The position numbers and the translations under genes were made by a program. Positions 42,712 to 53,960 of a stretch of 64,000 nucleotides of DNA are shown one piece after another (within the stretch, counting starts at the first letter, position 1; each line of letters begins with the position of its first letter). This DNA comes from Escherichia phage phi92. The notes beneath the pieces were generated by a model, which saw only the letters and a list, made by a program, of their open reading frames with translations, had not been told where the DNA came from and made no database searches. The stretch lies in the sequence record NC_023693.1; one strand, 5' to 3'.

Positions 42712-45587
42712 TGTCAAGAATTAAGCACAGAATTGACAATGTTTTTCAACTGATCGATGGACATATTCAGTTCTTAGATCGTAATACAGGTTTAACTGTA
42801 GATCCTACAGTGCAACACTATGTATTAAACCCACAAAACGTTCTAGCTAATAACAGACACTTTATAAACTGGACTGCTCAAGAAGGGCAACCAAACGGGG
42901 ATGCTACAACAGAAGGTCAATCCGTGCTTATTCTTGGTTGCGCTTATGCATACCTAGCTTCCGGCGATACAAAGTATTTAGACTCTGCTAAAAAATATTG
43001 GCAAGCCTATATAGATTACTTCTTTGGTGGTCAACCTATCCCAGATCCGCCAGCAAAATATCGCCCTAACTGGATTATTAACGGTAAAGAACCACGTCTT
43101 GCACACTATCCTCTTACAGATGATGGCTACCCTACACACGGAGGTTTTAAGGGTAGCTTAATGACGTGGACTAACGGTAGAACAGTTATTCCTCATGGTG
43201 CTCCACATTGGGGAGAATACCTTGATAAAGCATGGTTTGCTTTTAATGGTAATCTAGGATGGAACTCTGTAAACGCTACAGTATATGCTGTTAATGCAGA
43301 TGGTACAACAGATTGGTCTAAGAATGGAGATCAATGGGATGTTGATTGGATCATTGATCGTCTAGGACGTAAAGTTGATTGGGATGGAAATATCTTAGAA
43401 GAAGGTTTTCCAACATCTCAATACGGAACAGTTCAACTAAAAAATACTTCTGTAAACGGTACATATAAATTTAACTACGCGACTTGTAACCCTGTTGAAC
43501 ACGGTGGTTATTTAATGGAGCGTAACACTATGTGGCATAACAGACCAGTTAACGTTCCGGTAGAAATGGGCTTTCAGGATAATGCGTCAGATGCTGAAAC
43601 TTGGTGGTGTGATGCTAATTACCTGATGTACCAAATTACAGGAGAAAGAAAATATTGGCTATGCTGGCAGTCTTCACTGTTAGTGTGTCAAGATTACTCA
43701 AACATTGATATGTTTGATAAATTCTTCCGTAAGTCTACATATGCAACTATCCCGTTTACAGATGGCATCTCTTACGATTATTCGTATCCATCTACAGCAA
43801 TACCTAAATATTCAAGAGATACTTTAGGCTATATTGTTATTAGACAAGATGTTGCTGCTCAAACAACATTAGAACAGCAAGCCATTTGGTTTAAAGTTGA
43901 TCAGAACTCTAAGTTACGAGTCCAGTTTCAAGGTGTAGATGACGCAGGACATGGTATTCTTTTCCGTCCAGAGTTGGAATTAAGTAAGACCAAAGATGAA
44001 AATAACACAGTAACTTACCGCTGTGGCTTACCACTAGGTACAGCTAATATGACAAGCATGGATATTCCACTATCCAGCTTTATGAGAAGTACCCCTCCTA
44101 GTGGTGGAACATATATTATCGCAGATCCGCGAATTATTGTTGACTGGGGTGACAATACTGTGGTACAATATAAGTATGTAACAGGTATTGCTGGAACTAA
44201 TAATGACCAGATTGTTACTGCATCAATGGATACGGATGGTGGTGTTACTGTTGGTTTTTGGTTAACTCCTACATCAAAAGCTAATGTTAAGTCTATTACA
44301 TATAGAACATATGAAGATGACTTTAACATGACTATCACGGATGCTCAAGGTTGGAGATGGTGGGCTATGCTGCCTAAAACGCAAGGGGCATGGAGTACGA
44401 AGACTTTATCAGCCTCTGCTTTTAAGTTAAGTGCTTACCAGCCTAATCATCCAGAAACAGATCCTAAACCTTCAGCAATAAATCTTACTGCTGTAGATCA
44501 GGTAAATTTAGTTCTTGATACGGCTCCTGTCAATGGTTTAACAGGAACAATAGATTTCTATTGTATTAACGATGTACCTGAAAGATATTCGTCATCTTCT
44601 GGTGATGATTATACCATGTACTTCCGTATTACTGTACAGGCTTCAAGTCCTCATACTGCTAAGTTAGGTGATTGTACTATTATTGACTATAAGTTAAATA
44701 GTCTTAATTACACACCAGGAGTAATTCCATTCTCTAATATCAGTGACCCAAACACTGCATTATACGATGGATGGCGTGGTATTCCATACCCAGGATACCA
44801 GTATCCTTCCTTATACTGTTTCGCAGGTAGGGATATTGATTGGACACGTTTAAACAACAGTATTGATTTCTTGTATGATGCTCAAATGTGGTTTTATAAC
44901 ACGTTTGATCCTGTGATGCCTGGGCCTATGGCACAAGCATATGTGTGGGATCGTTGGGATGCAAGAAAATACGGTGAACCTAATACGTTTACAATGAAAC
45001 ACTGGAATGAAAAAGCGTGGGATGGTTATGAAGCTCGTGCATTCTATTGTGCTTGTCATGCTGTATACGAACTTGTACAAAGAGGAGAAACACCTCCTGA
45101 AAAACTAGTAACTGTTTGTAAAAATTGGATCAACTACCTTAAATGGTTCCAAGACAATAATGATGGAAGAACACCAACTATCTTTAATCCAGATGGTACA
45201 GTTCTTGCACCTATAGATGACTTTACTAGTCATATGTCTGCACTGTTTATGGCGGGTTGTTCAATCATGGGCTTGGCAGGTTATGATTCACAAATTCCAA
45301 ACATTGGTATTGTAGCAGACAGATGTTTTGATCTGATTCAGCAAAACTATATTGTGCTTTCCCCTAACCATCCGATGAATGGTTCCTGGAGTGTTGCACC
45401 ACGCCCAGATTCAGATAACGGAATGTTCTTTGGTTTCCATGCTGGAGAACTATTACGTGGTTTTGGTTTATATGCCTTGTATCGTAAACTAAACCCTCAA
45501 AACGCTTTACCAATTTTGGATAATAGTAACATACCAACACTAACTGTTCTAACTATGAATGATATTAGTGTTGATGTAACCAAATAA
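42711..45587 (+). CDS. large tail/baseplate-associated protein (958 aa)
   Basis: long ORF, Trp/Tyr-rich; function not assignable from sequence alone. Confidence 0.4.
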   Translation: MSRIKHRIDNVFQLIDGHIQFLDRNTGLTVDPTVQHYVLNPQNVLANNRHFINWTAQEGQPNGDATTEGQSVLILGCAYAYLASGDTKYLDSAKKYWQAYIDYFFGGQPIPDPPAKYRPNWIINGKEPRLAHYPLTDDGYPTHGGFKGSLMTWTNGRTVIPHGAPHWGEYLDKAWFAFNGNLGWNSVNATVYAVNADGTTDWSKNGDQWDVDWIIDRLGRKVDWDGNILEEGFPTSQYGTVQLKNTSVNGTYKFNYATCNPVEHGGYLMERNTMWHNRPVNVPVEMGFQDNASDAETWWCDANYLMYQITGERKYWLCWQSSLLVCQDYSNIDMFDKFFRKSTYATIPFTDGISYDYSYPSTAIPKYSRDTLGYIVIRQDVAAQTTLEQQAIWFKVDQNSKLRVQFQGVDDAGHGILFRPELELSKTKDENNTVTYRCGLPLGTANMTSMDIPLSSFMRSTPPSGGTYIIADPRIIVDWGDNTVVQYKYVTGIAGTNNDQIVTASMDTDGGVTVGFWLTPTSKANVKSITYRTYEDDFNMTITDAQGWRWWAMLPKTQGAWSTKTLSASAFKLSAYQPNHPETDPKPSAINLTAVDQVNLVLDTAPVNGLTGTIDFYCINDVPERYSSSSGDDYTMYFRITVQASSPHTAKLGDCTIIDYKLNSLNYTPGVIPFSNISDPNTALYDGWRGIPYPGYQYPSLYCFAGRDIDWTRLNNSIDFLYDAQMWFYNTFDPVMPGPMAQAYVWDRWDARKYGEPNTFTMKHWNEKAWDGYEARAFYCACHAVYELVQRGETPPEKLVTVCKNWINYLKWFQDNNDGRTPTIFNPDGTVLAPIDDFTSHMSALFMAGCSIMGLAGYDSQIPNIGIVADRCFDLIQQNYIVLSPNHPMNGSWSVAPRPDSDNGMFFGFHAGELLRGFGLYALYRKLNPQNALPILDNSNIPTLTVLTMNDISVDVTK

Positions 45588-45595
45588 GGAAAATA

Positions 45596-47755
45596 ATGAA
45601 ACAGGCTATTTTTACTGTAACTCGAAATACGAGAGTAAATGCCAGTTCATTCAGCTATAAGACCGTCGATGGAACGGCGGTCGCTGGTAGAGATTATGTA
45701 GCTAAACAGGGAACAGTAACGTTCCCTTCTGATGCAGATTCTGCTACTGTGGTGGTTGATGTATATGAACGTCCGGCAAACTCTTTAGATCTTTATTTTA
45801 CTCTTGAGATTACTAGCATAAGTCAAAATAACATGATGATCAATGAAGAAATTCGTTGTGTTATTACGACTAATCAATCGAATACAACCCCGCTAACTTG
45901 GCCTGTTGTGAAGTCTAGAATGTTTGATCCTAAGTTTTGGACAATAGATTCTCAATCAACAGAAAGTTGTTCTATTATCTCTAATGGTGATTCTTTCACA
46001 GCAAGAATGGTTAATAGGACAGTGGCTGGTCTTGCTGGGATTATTTGGTCAACTTACGATAAATATGATCACAAAGGATTAGGCTACCAAGAACATTCTG
46101 ACTTAAGTAAAGAGAAACTTTGGTTTAAAATGGAACTTAGTCAAGGTGTTCCTGGATTAAAAGAAGAAAAATTAATACCATCCTTAACAGTGACACTGAA
46201 GGATGAAACAGTTCATTATGTATCTCTAAACTTTTATGCAGAAGAAGTTTCAGAAGATGGTAAGACAGCAACAATCAAACTAGATTTCTCAAATTTAAAA
46301 TCTGGGCCAGAAAATGATATTGTTGTTGACACTACACAGATAGATAATATGTTCTTCTCCTTGATCTCCGCAAGGTATCAAGAAATTGAAGATGTTATAC
46401 CTGTAGACAATATGGATCTTTCCTTTAAGTTTACCATACTAGAGCCTGATACTGGTTACAGTATGATGAATATGGGTAATTTAAATGTTCCGGCGCACAC
46501 CATAAGAATGTGTACATCTTATGATGATATGTATAACCTAACCCCGGAGCGAGTTATTTCTAATACCTATAGATTAGGTTATAGGGATATGATTAACCAT
46601 TATAATGGTATGTCACACTATTATCAATTCAGTTGGGATGCTGGCTCTAATAAATGGGCTTTGAACAGAACAGAATATTTAAACCCAGCAACAGAAGCCT
46701 GGTTTGATAATTTCCACGCTAATGCAAAAGCTATGGGCTACACAGTAATGAACTCCTTAAGTTTTGAACTTATGAGTACAGTGTGTCCTGTAGAATGGGT
46801 ACAACATACTTGGAATGATGATCTGGCTGCTACAGGTTATGAGCCACCAAGTTATGTTTTATCTCCTTCAATTGATGAAGGGATGAATTATTTACAAGGT
46901 GTAATAAATAAGATAGCTTCTATATCCGCTGCTAATGATCTTCCGGTTATTATTCAGGTTGGTGAACCGTGGTGGTGGTATAACACAGCTACCAATCTAC
47001 CGTGTATTTATGATTATACAACCAAAGTTGCATTTAATAATGAAACTGGATTATATGCACAAGATGTTGGTACAGTTAAAAATTATAAAACTGGTACACC
47101 ATATGATGAATATTATGCATTCCTATCTAAAACATTAGGACTGCGTGTTGCTAAATTTGCAACAGATACCAGATTAGCATACCCTGGAGCGAAAGTTACA
47201 TTGTTACCATTTGTACCATCCATCTTAGGTAATGGTATGATGGAGTTTGTTAACTTCCCTAAAGATTATTATATTCCAGAAAACTTTGACTTTTATTGTT
47301 CAGAATGTTATGATTGGTTGTTGGAAGGTAAGATGGAAAGATCTTTTGACGCTATCACAATACCTAATGAGCAACTAGGTTTTAGTTATGATAAGATACA
47401 TTATCTTGCAGGGTTTGTTCCAGATGCAACTCTAGCACCATTATATGGCTTTGATCCTGAATCAAACTATAGGACATATTTGTGGAAAATGATTATAGGT
47501 AATATTGTATTGAATGACCAGAAGTTTGTTGGTTTATATCAATACATATGGGCTTATCCACAAATAATGCATGATTCAATAACTGTTCTTAATTCAAAAT
47601 CCCAAGTTTTTTATATGGGTAATGTGCCTTTGAATTGCTATTTGCAAGATATCACTCTTAAACAGGTAAATGTTACGATTGCTACTATAAGCGGAATTAC
47701 ACTAGCCACTAAATCTGGAGAAGATTTAGTAACAACACAAAAATTTTATATATAG
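45596..47755 (+). CDS. large tail-associated protein (719 aa)
   Basis: long ORF in tail-fibre region. Confidence 0.4.
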   Translation: MKQAIFTVTRNTRVNASSFSYKTVDGTAVAGRDYVAKQGTVTFPSDADSATVVVDVYERPANSLDLYFTLEITSISQNNMMINEEIRCVITTNQSNTTPLTWPVVKSRMFDPKFWTIDSQSTESCSIISNGDSFTARMVNRTVAGLAGIIWSTYDKYDHKGLGYQEHSDLSKEKLWFKMELSQGVPGLKEEKLIPSLTVTLKDETVHYVSLNFYAEEVSEDGKTATIKLDFSNLKSGPENDIVVDTTQIDNMFFSLISARYQEIEDVIPVDNMDLSFKFTILEPDTGYSMMNMGNLNVPAHTIRMCTSYDDMYNLTPERVISNTYRLGYRDMINHYNGMSHYYQFSWDAGSNKWALNRTEYLNPATEAWFDNFHANAKAMGYTVMNSLSFELMSTVCPVEWVQHTWNDDLAATGYEPPSYVLSPSIDEGMNYLQGVINKIASISAANDLPVIIQVGEPWWWYNTATNLPCIYDYTTKVAFNNETGLYAQDVGTVKNYKTGTPYDEYYAFLSKTLGLRVAKFATDTRLAYPGAKVTLLPFVPSILGNGMMEFVNFPKDYYIPENFDFYCSECYDWLLEGKMERSFDAITIPNEQLGFSYDKIHYLAGFVPDATLAPLYGFDPESNYRTYLWKMIIGNIVLNDQKFVGLYQYIWAYPQIMHDSITVLNSKSQVFYMGNVPLNCYLQDITLKQVNVTIATISGITLATKSGEDLVTTQKFYI

Positions 47756-47763
47756 GAGTAAAA

Positions 47764-50520
47764 ATGTCAACTACAATTACTAATTTACCCGAAACATCAA
47801 AAGTTAATAGTTCTGATTACCTGGTTTTAGACCAGCCTGATAAGACTGTTAAAAGCACAGTTTCCAACTTTCTTGCTGACACTGGGGTGGTTTTAGCCAC
47901 CCAGCTAAAAGATACTTCTGGTGCTACCAAGTATCCAGAACTTCAAATGTCGCGCTGGAGAGATGAAGGTGATCCTAGAGGATGGGGAGCAGTAGGTGAC
48001 GGAGCAACAGACGATACTAATGCTATAACACAGCTTCTTGCTGCTATGCCTGATGGATGGATTATTGATGGGCGTAATCTCACTTTCAAGGTTACAACAC
48101 TACCAGATATAAGCAAGTTTAAAAACGCTGCTTTTGTTTACGAGCGTATTGTTGGACAACCCCTTACTTATGTATCTGAAGGTTTCTTCGATGGAAATCT
48201 GACAAAGATTACGGATACACCATTTTACAATGCTTGGACGCAAGATAAGACGTTTGTTTATGATAATGTTATATATGCACCATTTATGGCTGGCGAACGT
48301 CATGGTGTACAAAACCTCCATGTAGCGTGGGTTAAATCAGGAGATGATGGACAAACTTGGTCTATGCCAGAATGGTTAACTCCAATTCATCCTGATTATA
48401 CAGCAGACAAAGTTAACTATCATTGTATGAGTATGGGTGTATGTGGTAATCGCCTATATGCAGTCATCGAAACCCGTTACTTATCTAACATGCGATTGAA
48501 GAAAGCAGAACTTTGGTCACGTCCAATGCCTTATTATAGAAGGCCAACTGGAGGTATAACAATTAGTTCTGGGTCTACTACGGCGACGATTGTTTTAAAA
48601 AAGCATGGTCTTAAAGTTGGAGATGCTGTTAACTTTTCCAATTCGGGTGCAACTGGTGTATCTGGAAATATGACTGTTGCATCTGTAATTAACAAGGATA
48701 CATTTACGGTTACATTAGCAAGGGCTGCCACATCTAATATAGATAATACAGGAACTACTTGGCATTTTGGAACACGTTTCTGGGATAGCCCTTGGGAAAT
48801 TACAGAATTACCAGATGTTGCCTATTCTACTAATGCAGACTTATGTGTTACAGAAACCCATAGTTTTACAGTTATAGATGATGATAATTACACTTTTGCT
48901 GTGGGTTATCACAATGGTGATATTTCCCCAAGAAGATTAGGTATTTTGTACTTCAATAATGCTTACTCTGACCCAAGTTCTTTTACTCGTAGAACAATTA
49001 GTCAAGAATATGCTGACAATGCAGCAGAACCCTGCATTAAATATTACGATGGAATTTTATATTTAACTACCAGGGGTACTTCAACTTCTGCTGCTGGTTC
49101 TACATTAGCAATGAGTGCTGACCTTGGAGAAAACTGGAATTACTTAAGATTTCCTAACAACGTTCATCATACAAACCTACCATTTGCAAAAGTTGGTGAT
49201 TATCTTTATATCTTTGGTACAGAACGTTCATTTGGAGAGTGGGAAGGGCAAGAACTAGATAATAGATATAAAGGTACGTATCCTCGAACGTTTATGTGCA
49301 AGATTAATGTATCTTCATGGCCTGTATCTTTATCCAATGTTCAATGGTTTAATATCACTGATCAGATATATCAAGGGCATATTGTTAATTCTGCATGTGG
49401 CGTTGGTTCGGTATGTGTTAAAGATGGCTGGTTATATTATATCTTTGGAGGTGAAGATTTCTTATCTCCTTGGTCTATCGGAGATAATAGTAAAAAATTA
49501 TGGTACAAGCATGATGGTCATCCAGCCGATTTATATAGCTATAGACTAAAGATTACCGAACATGATTTTGTATCACGTGACTTCAAATATGGAGCTACGC
49601 CAAACCGTACATTGCCTGTATCTATGGGTACAGATGGGGTAAGGCATGTCTCAGCCCCTGTAACTTTTGATAATGATGTACAGATGTACTCTTTAACAGT
49701 TACTGGTCTTGAGCATGATGGGACACAACAATCTGCCGTTAGAGTAAAATTAGATGGTGATTATGGGGTTATTGCAAAAAATATCCCAATAAAAAATCCT
49801 TCTGAACAGCGACTAATCTTATGTGGAGGAGAAACTCCTTACACTACTGATGGATCGTTATTACAATTGTATGGTTCAAACCATACGTATCCAAACAGAG
49901 CAATTTTATATGCCCCAGGAGGAGCATATACACAAAATAATTTCATGCCGTACTTAGATGGACAAGTTTCATTAGGTGGTGCATCTAATAGATGGTCAGA
50001 AGTGTATGCATCTACAGGAACCATTAATACTTCAGACGGAACATTAAAAACTAAACCTACAGAGATTGAAGATATTTTACTGAAAGCATGGGAAGATATT
50101 CATGTAATCTCTTACCAATGGCTTAGTGCTGTCGCGGAGAAAGGAGATTCTGCGCGTATTCATTTTGGTGTTATCGCTCAAGATGTAAGAGATATTCTGA
50201 TTAATTATGGTTTAATGGATGAAAATAGTACTGATTGTAAGTATGCTTTTCTATGTTATGATGAATACCCTGCTATGTATGATAGTGTTGTTACGGGACA
50301 AAAAGAAATCACTTTACTTGACGATGAAGGAAATAATGTAATTGATGAAGAAGGTAATCCAGTAACAATTGTAGAAGATGTTGTAGAAACTATCGAAGTA
50401 ATTCCAGCAGGATCGCGATGGGGTATCCGCGCTGACCAAATGTTTTTTATTGAGATGGCTTATCAACGTAAAAAGTTAAAAGCTCTTGAAGAAAGACTTG
50501 CAACCCTAGAAAGTAAATAA
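47764..50520 (+). CDS. tailspike/tail fibre with beta-helix-type motif and C-terminal self-cleaving chaperone domain
   Basis: AVGDGATDDTNAI motif; C-terminal SDGTLKTKPTEIEDILLKAWEDIHVISYQW matches the intramolecular chaperone (S74-type) signature; followed by terminator. Confidence 0.7.
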   Translation: MSTTITNLPETSKVNSSDYLVLDQPDKTVKSTVSNFLADTGVVLATQLKDTSGATKYPELQMSRWRDEGDPRGWGAVGDGATDDTNAITQLLAAMPDGWIIDGRNLTFKVTTLPDISKFKNAAFVYERIVGQPLTYVSEGFFDGNLTKITDTPFYNAWTQDKTFVYDNVIYAPFMAGERHGVQNLHVAWVKSGDDGQTWSMPEWLTPIHPDYTADKVNYHCMSMGVCGNRLYAVIETRYLSNMRLKKAELWSRPMPYYRRPTGGITISSGSTTATIVLKKHGLKVGDAVNFSNSGATGVSGNMTVASVINKDTFTVTLARAATSNIDNTGTTWHFGTRFWDSPWEITELPDVAYSTNADLCVTETHSFTVIDDDNYTFAVGYHNGDISPRRLGILYFNNAYSDPSSFTRRTISQEYADNAAEPCIKYYDGILYLTTRGTSTSAAGSTLAMSADLGENWNYLRFPNNVHHTNLPFAKVGDYLYIFGTERSFGEWEGQELDNRYKGTYPRTFMCKINVSSWPVSLSNVQWFNITDQIYQGHIVNSACGVGSVCVKDGWLYYIFGGEDFLSPWSIGDNSKKLWYKHDGHPADLYSYRLKITEHDFVSRDFKYGATPNRTLPVSMGTDGVRHVSAPVTFDNDVQMYSLTVTGLEHDGTQQSAVRVKLDGDYGVIAKNIPIKNPSEQRLILCGGETPYTTDGSLLQLYGSNHTYPNRAILYAPGGAYTQNNFMPYLDGQVSLGGASNRWSEVYASTGTINTSDGTLKTKPTEIEDILLKAWEDIHVISYQWLSAVAEKGDSARIHFGVIAQDVRDILINYGLMDENSTDCKYAFLCYDEYPAMYDSVVTGQKEITLLDDEGNNVIDEEGNPVTIVEDVVETIEVIPAGSRWGIRADQMFFIEMAYQRKKLKALEERLATLESK

Positions 50521-50522
50521 TA

Positions 50523-50547
50523 CCGCTTCGGCGGTATTTCAATCTTT
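50523..50547 (+). terminator. terminator-like hairpin
   Basis: ACCGC-TTCG-GCGGT followed by T-rich tract. Confidence 0.55.
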
Positions 50548-50568
50548 ATATCTCGCTTAGAGGTACTC

Positions 50569-50835
50569 ATGGTTAAAGAGAAAAATGGTTTTAAAAAATT
50601 TATTCGAGGTATGTTTTGTACATATCCTGATAATAAAGTCAGTTCTACTAAAGTTTGGAATGCTATTGGTATGATTGTTATGTCCAGTATGTTTATTTAT
50701 TTGGGAATTGATAAAGAAATTCCTGAATGGATGGGCTGGGCTTTTGTTTTTATGATCACACCATCCAGATTAATGAAGAATTTAATAGATTTACGTTGGG
50801 GCAGATCACCTGCCCCTGATAAGGAGGATAACTAA
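50569..50835 (+). CDS. small membrane protein with two transmembrane helices (holin-like topology)
   Basis: hydrophobic segments VWNAIGMIVMSSMFIYLG and WMGWAFVFMITP. Confidence 0.35.
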   Translation: MVKEKNGFKKFIRGMFCTYPDNKVSSTKVWNAIGMIVMSSMFIYLGIDKEIPEWMGWAFVFMITPSRLMKNLIDLRWGRSPAPDKEDN

Positions 50836-52322
50836 TGGCAGATTATGGTTTAACAGATGCTGGTTTTGTCATTCCAACGTTTGATGATATTTTAAATAAT
50901 TATATGACAGCATTGAAAAACACTTTCGGTGCAGATACAGCTACATCCGAAGATACTGTCTTTGGTCAACTGTTTCGTATTATTGCATATACAGATTACA
51001 CCCTTTGGGAAGGTATGCAAGGTGTTTACAATACCCAAACCTTAGATGGTGCAGAAGGTATTTACCTTGATGAAATTTTCTCTAAAAGGGGTTTTTATCG
51101 TAAAGCTGCTTCTGCTGGTAGTGGTTATGCTTATGTTAAATCTAACAATAAGGCAGCTTGGACTTATGAACTAAGCACAGATGTTTATTTTAATGCCGAT
51201 AACGATTTGACATATTATGTCAGTGCACCAACAATGTTGAATGCTAAGATTGGAGCATATACCATTTCTAAAGCAAACGCAACAGCTTCTGGTGAAACTT
51301 CTATTACTTTCTACATTCAAAGTGCTATTGATGGTGGTCTTAACAGTAAAACACTAAGTCCTAGCAATACAAACTTTATTTTAGATCTCACGAATTTCAT
51401 TAAAGCTAACGTATCAACAACAGATCGTGCTTTAGTATGGAATGATGCTAGTAATGTTTACATGGGTTATAATCCAGAAGATAATGTTAATCCAATAGGT
51501 CTAGTAACACCAGTGAAATTTTATGCATCTATTGCAATTGGTACAAAATGGAGTGAAATTCCAGTTACGTGTTCAGACGTTGGTTATAATCCAGTAGGTA
51601 CAGAAAGTATTACAGGTATTTCTTCAACGTTTACAGGCTTTTTAGATACAGGTAACTTCTATCCATTCTCTCCAGGTACAGATGTTGAAACAGATGCAGA
51701 ATTCCGCTCTCGTTTCAATGATAATATGGATGAAGCTAATGCTGCTACTCGTGCTGCTATTGTTAAAGCTCTGCTACTGACAGATGGTGTGACAAAGGTT
51801 AAGATTTATGATAACCCTACATTACATGATCAAGAACATGCTCCAGCTATGACATTCCAGACTATTGTGTATGGTGGTACAGCAGAAGAAGTTGCACAGG
51901 TTATTTATAATACTAAGCCTATTAACACCCTAACCTATGGTACAACAGCAATTACTATTGTAACAGAAGATGGCGGTCAAGAAGTAATTCGTTTTTCTCC
52001 TGGTGACAATGCTGAATATTCACTTAAACTAGTATATCAAACTGGCAATGGTAGTGTGTTAAGTACAACAGAAAGAGAAAATATTGTTTCTGCTCTTTCA
52101 AATCTACAGGCTTATTTTGAGTTAGGGTCAACAGTAACTAACGATCAGATAAAAGGTGTAATTTATTCTGCACTTGCGTTCGGACGCTTGACTTCTCTCC
52201 GTGTTTATGTTAAACTTAATACTGAGGATGACAGTAAATATAATGAGGGAGATATCACTCCAGCGTACAATGTTGTACCATCCTTTGACCTTGATAATAT
52301 TTCCTACGAGTACGGAGTCTAA
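50835..52322 (+). CDS. tail/baseplate structural protein (495 aa)
   Basis: ORF in array. Confidence 0.35.
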   Translation: MADYGLTDAGFVIPTFDDILNNYMTALKNTFGADTATSEDTVFGQLFRIIAYTDYTLWEGMQGVYNTQTLDGAEGIYLDEIFSKRGFYRKAASAGSGYAYVKSNNKAAWTYELSTDVYFNADNDLTYYVSAPTMLNAKIGAYTISKANATASGETSITFYIQSAIDGGLNSKTLSPSNTNFILDLTNFIKANVSTTDRALVWNDASNVYMGYNPEDNVNPIGLVTPVKFYASIAIGTKWSEIPVTCSDVGYNPVGTESITGISSTFTGFLDTGNFYPFSPGTDVETDAEFRSRFNDNMDEANAATRAAIVKALLLTDGVTKVKIYDNPTLHDQEHAPAMTFQTIVYGGTAEEVAQVIYNTKPINTLTYGTTAITIVTEDGGQEVIRFSPGDNAEYSLKLVYQTGNGSVLSTTERENIVSALSNLQAYFELGSTVTNDQIKGVIYSALAFGRLTSLRVYVKLNTEDDSKYNEGDITPAYNVVPSFDLDNISYEYGV

Positions 52323-52324
52323 AA

Positions 52325-52954
52325 ATGGCAGTGAGTGTTGACCATGTGACAACGTGGGATAGTATCAATGAAGATGTTAAAGACCTACTGATTGAAGATT
52401 TTAAATCTTCTCCGAACATTGTCAAACTACTCTATATCATTTCTAGCGAAAAACAAAAGATAGATCAGGCAATGATCTATCTTGCCAAACACCGCTTAAT
52501 CTCTACTGCAACTGGTAAGTATTTAGATCTTATTGGTGAAGAGATGGGGATGGAAAGAAATGGTGCTACAGATGAAGAGTATCGTACAATATTAAAAATC
52601 AGGGCTTATCGTGTTGCGTCTTCTGGTACGCGAGATGATATCATTGATATGTTCGCTCGTTTTACAGGAACAGAAAAAGAAACGATCAATACATACGTTG
52701 GATTAAATAAAACATTCGACGTATTCTTTTATAATTTGTGTCTACAATCCGATCAGGCAGTAGCACAGTTACTTAACGTTTTCCCGATCCTAAGTAGTTA
52801 TCGCTTAGGTGCGAAAGCGGGTGCAGCCTTTGGTTTCACTTCCTATTATGCCACAACTCCACCTCATGGTATAGGTGGTTTAGGTTCTCTTTACACAGAG
52901 GCTGAAGGAGATGATACAGGGCGAATGACTATGCTGATAGCTCAAATAGAATAA
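52325..52954 (+). CDS. tail structural protein (209 aa)
   Basis: ORF in array. Confidence 0.35.
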   Translation: MAVSVDHVTTWDSINEDVKDLLIEDFKSSPNIVKLLYIISSEKQKIDQAMIYLAKHRLISTATGKYLDLIGEEMGMERNGATDEEYRTILKIRAYRVASSGTRDDIIDMFARFTGTEKETINTYVGLNKTFDVFFYNLCLQSDQAVAQLLNVFPILSSYRLGAKAGAAFGFTSYYATTPPHGIGGLGSLYTEAEGDDTGRMTMLIAQIE

Positions 52955-52967
52955 GGAGTTACTCTTA

Positions 52968-53948
52968 ATGGCAAAGCCACAATACTACCCTGACTGGGCG
53001 ACACAAACAGTAACCCTCCCAGGAACGGGAAACACAAACAAGATTAGACCAAAAGAAACCATCCGTAATGTTGGTATGGACTTTGGTCAGATTATGACTT
53101 GTGAAGAAATGAACTGGATCTTAAACAATATTGGGTCTTGGATTCGCTATATGCAAGATGAATTCTTCCCAACATTGCCTACTACATATCTTCCTATAGT
53201 CGGTACTAAAATTACAATGGCAGGTGATGCTACAGGTGAAGTTACATGGAATGGTAATGCTGCTGTAACATTATCTATTCAAGTAGTAGATAACAGCCAT
53301 AATCACTTATCAGCTAACATTACAGACGCAACATCAAACCAAGTTGTAGGGAATGTCCTTGTTAAGCGTGATAATGGTGGTGCTATCTATGCAGGTGATA
53401 TTTACACTTGTGGTACAGGTGCTACAGATCCTGCAACATTATTCTTTAGAAACTACAACGGACAAACAGTAGGTAATATGTCCTCTGAACCAGGTGCAGG
53501 TGGTCAACTCTATATTTATAGAATAAACCCATCAACTGGAGGAACATCTTGTGCAGTCCGTTTATATGATGCAGGTTATGTTTTAATAGACAATCCTCGT
53601 TCTAATTCTGGTCAAGATACTGGTAATGGTAATGCTCTTGTAAGATTAGATTATCTTAACTCAAGACTAAACTCATTGCAAAGTACACTGCAAAATAATA
53701 TTAACAACGTTAATAGCAACTTGCAAGGCCAAATTAATAACATTAACAATAGAGTTTCTTCTGTTGTGTCTTCTATCCGTCTAGGTACACGTATTAAAGC
53801 TGGTGTGTCTGAGTCTCGTTTCTATGCTGGTCACGTGATCACAGGTTGGGGTTTTGGTGACAAGAAAGAACTTCGTGGTGCTTGGTATTGGTCTGCTCCG
53901 CTACAATATTACATTAATGGTAGGTGGATAACAGTAACCAACGTTTAG
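52968..53948 (+). CDS. tail fibre protein with Asn-rich coiled-coil segment
   Basis: NSRLNSLQSTLQNNINNVNSNLQGQINNINNRVSS heptad-like segment; AAGGAG RBS. Confidence 0.45.
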   Translation: MAKPQYYPDWATQTVTLPGTGNTNKIRPKETIRNVGMDFGQIMTCEEMNWILNNIGSWIRYMQDEFFPTLPTTYLPIVGTKITMAGDATGEVTWNGNAAVTLSIQVVDNSHNHLSANITDATSNQVVGNVLVKRDNGGAIYAGDIYTCGTGATDPATLFFRNYNGQTVGNMSSEPGAGGQLYIYRINPSTGGTSCAVRLYDAGYVLIDNPRSNSGQDTGNGNALVRLDYLNSRLNSLQSTLQNNINNVNSNLQGQINNINNRVSSVVSSIRLGTRIKAGVSESRFYAGHVITGWGFGDKKELRGAWYWSAPLQYYINGRWITVTNV

Positions 53949-53960
53949 TAAGGAGAACAC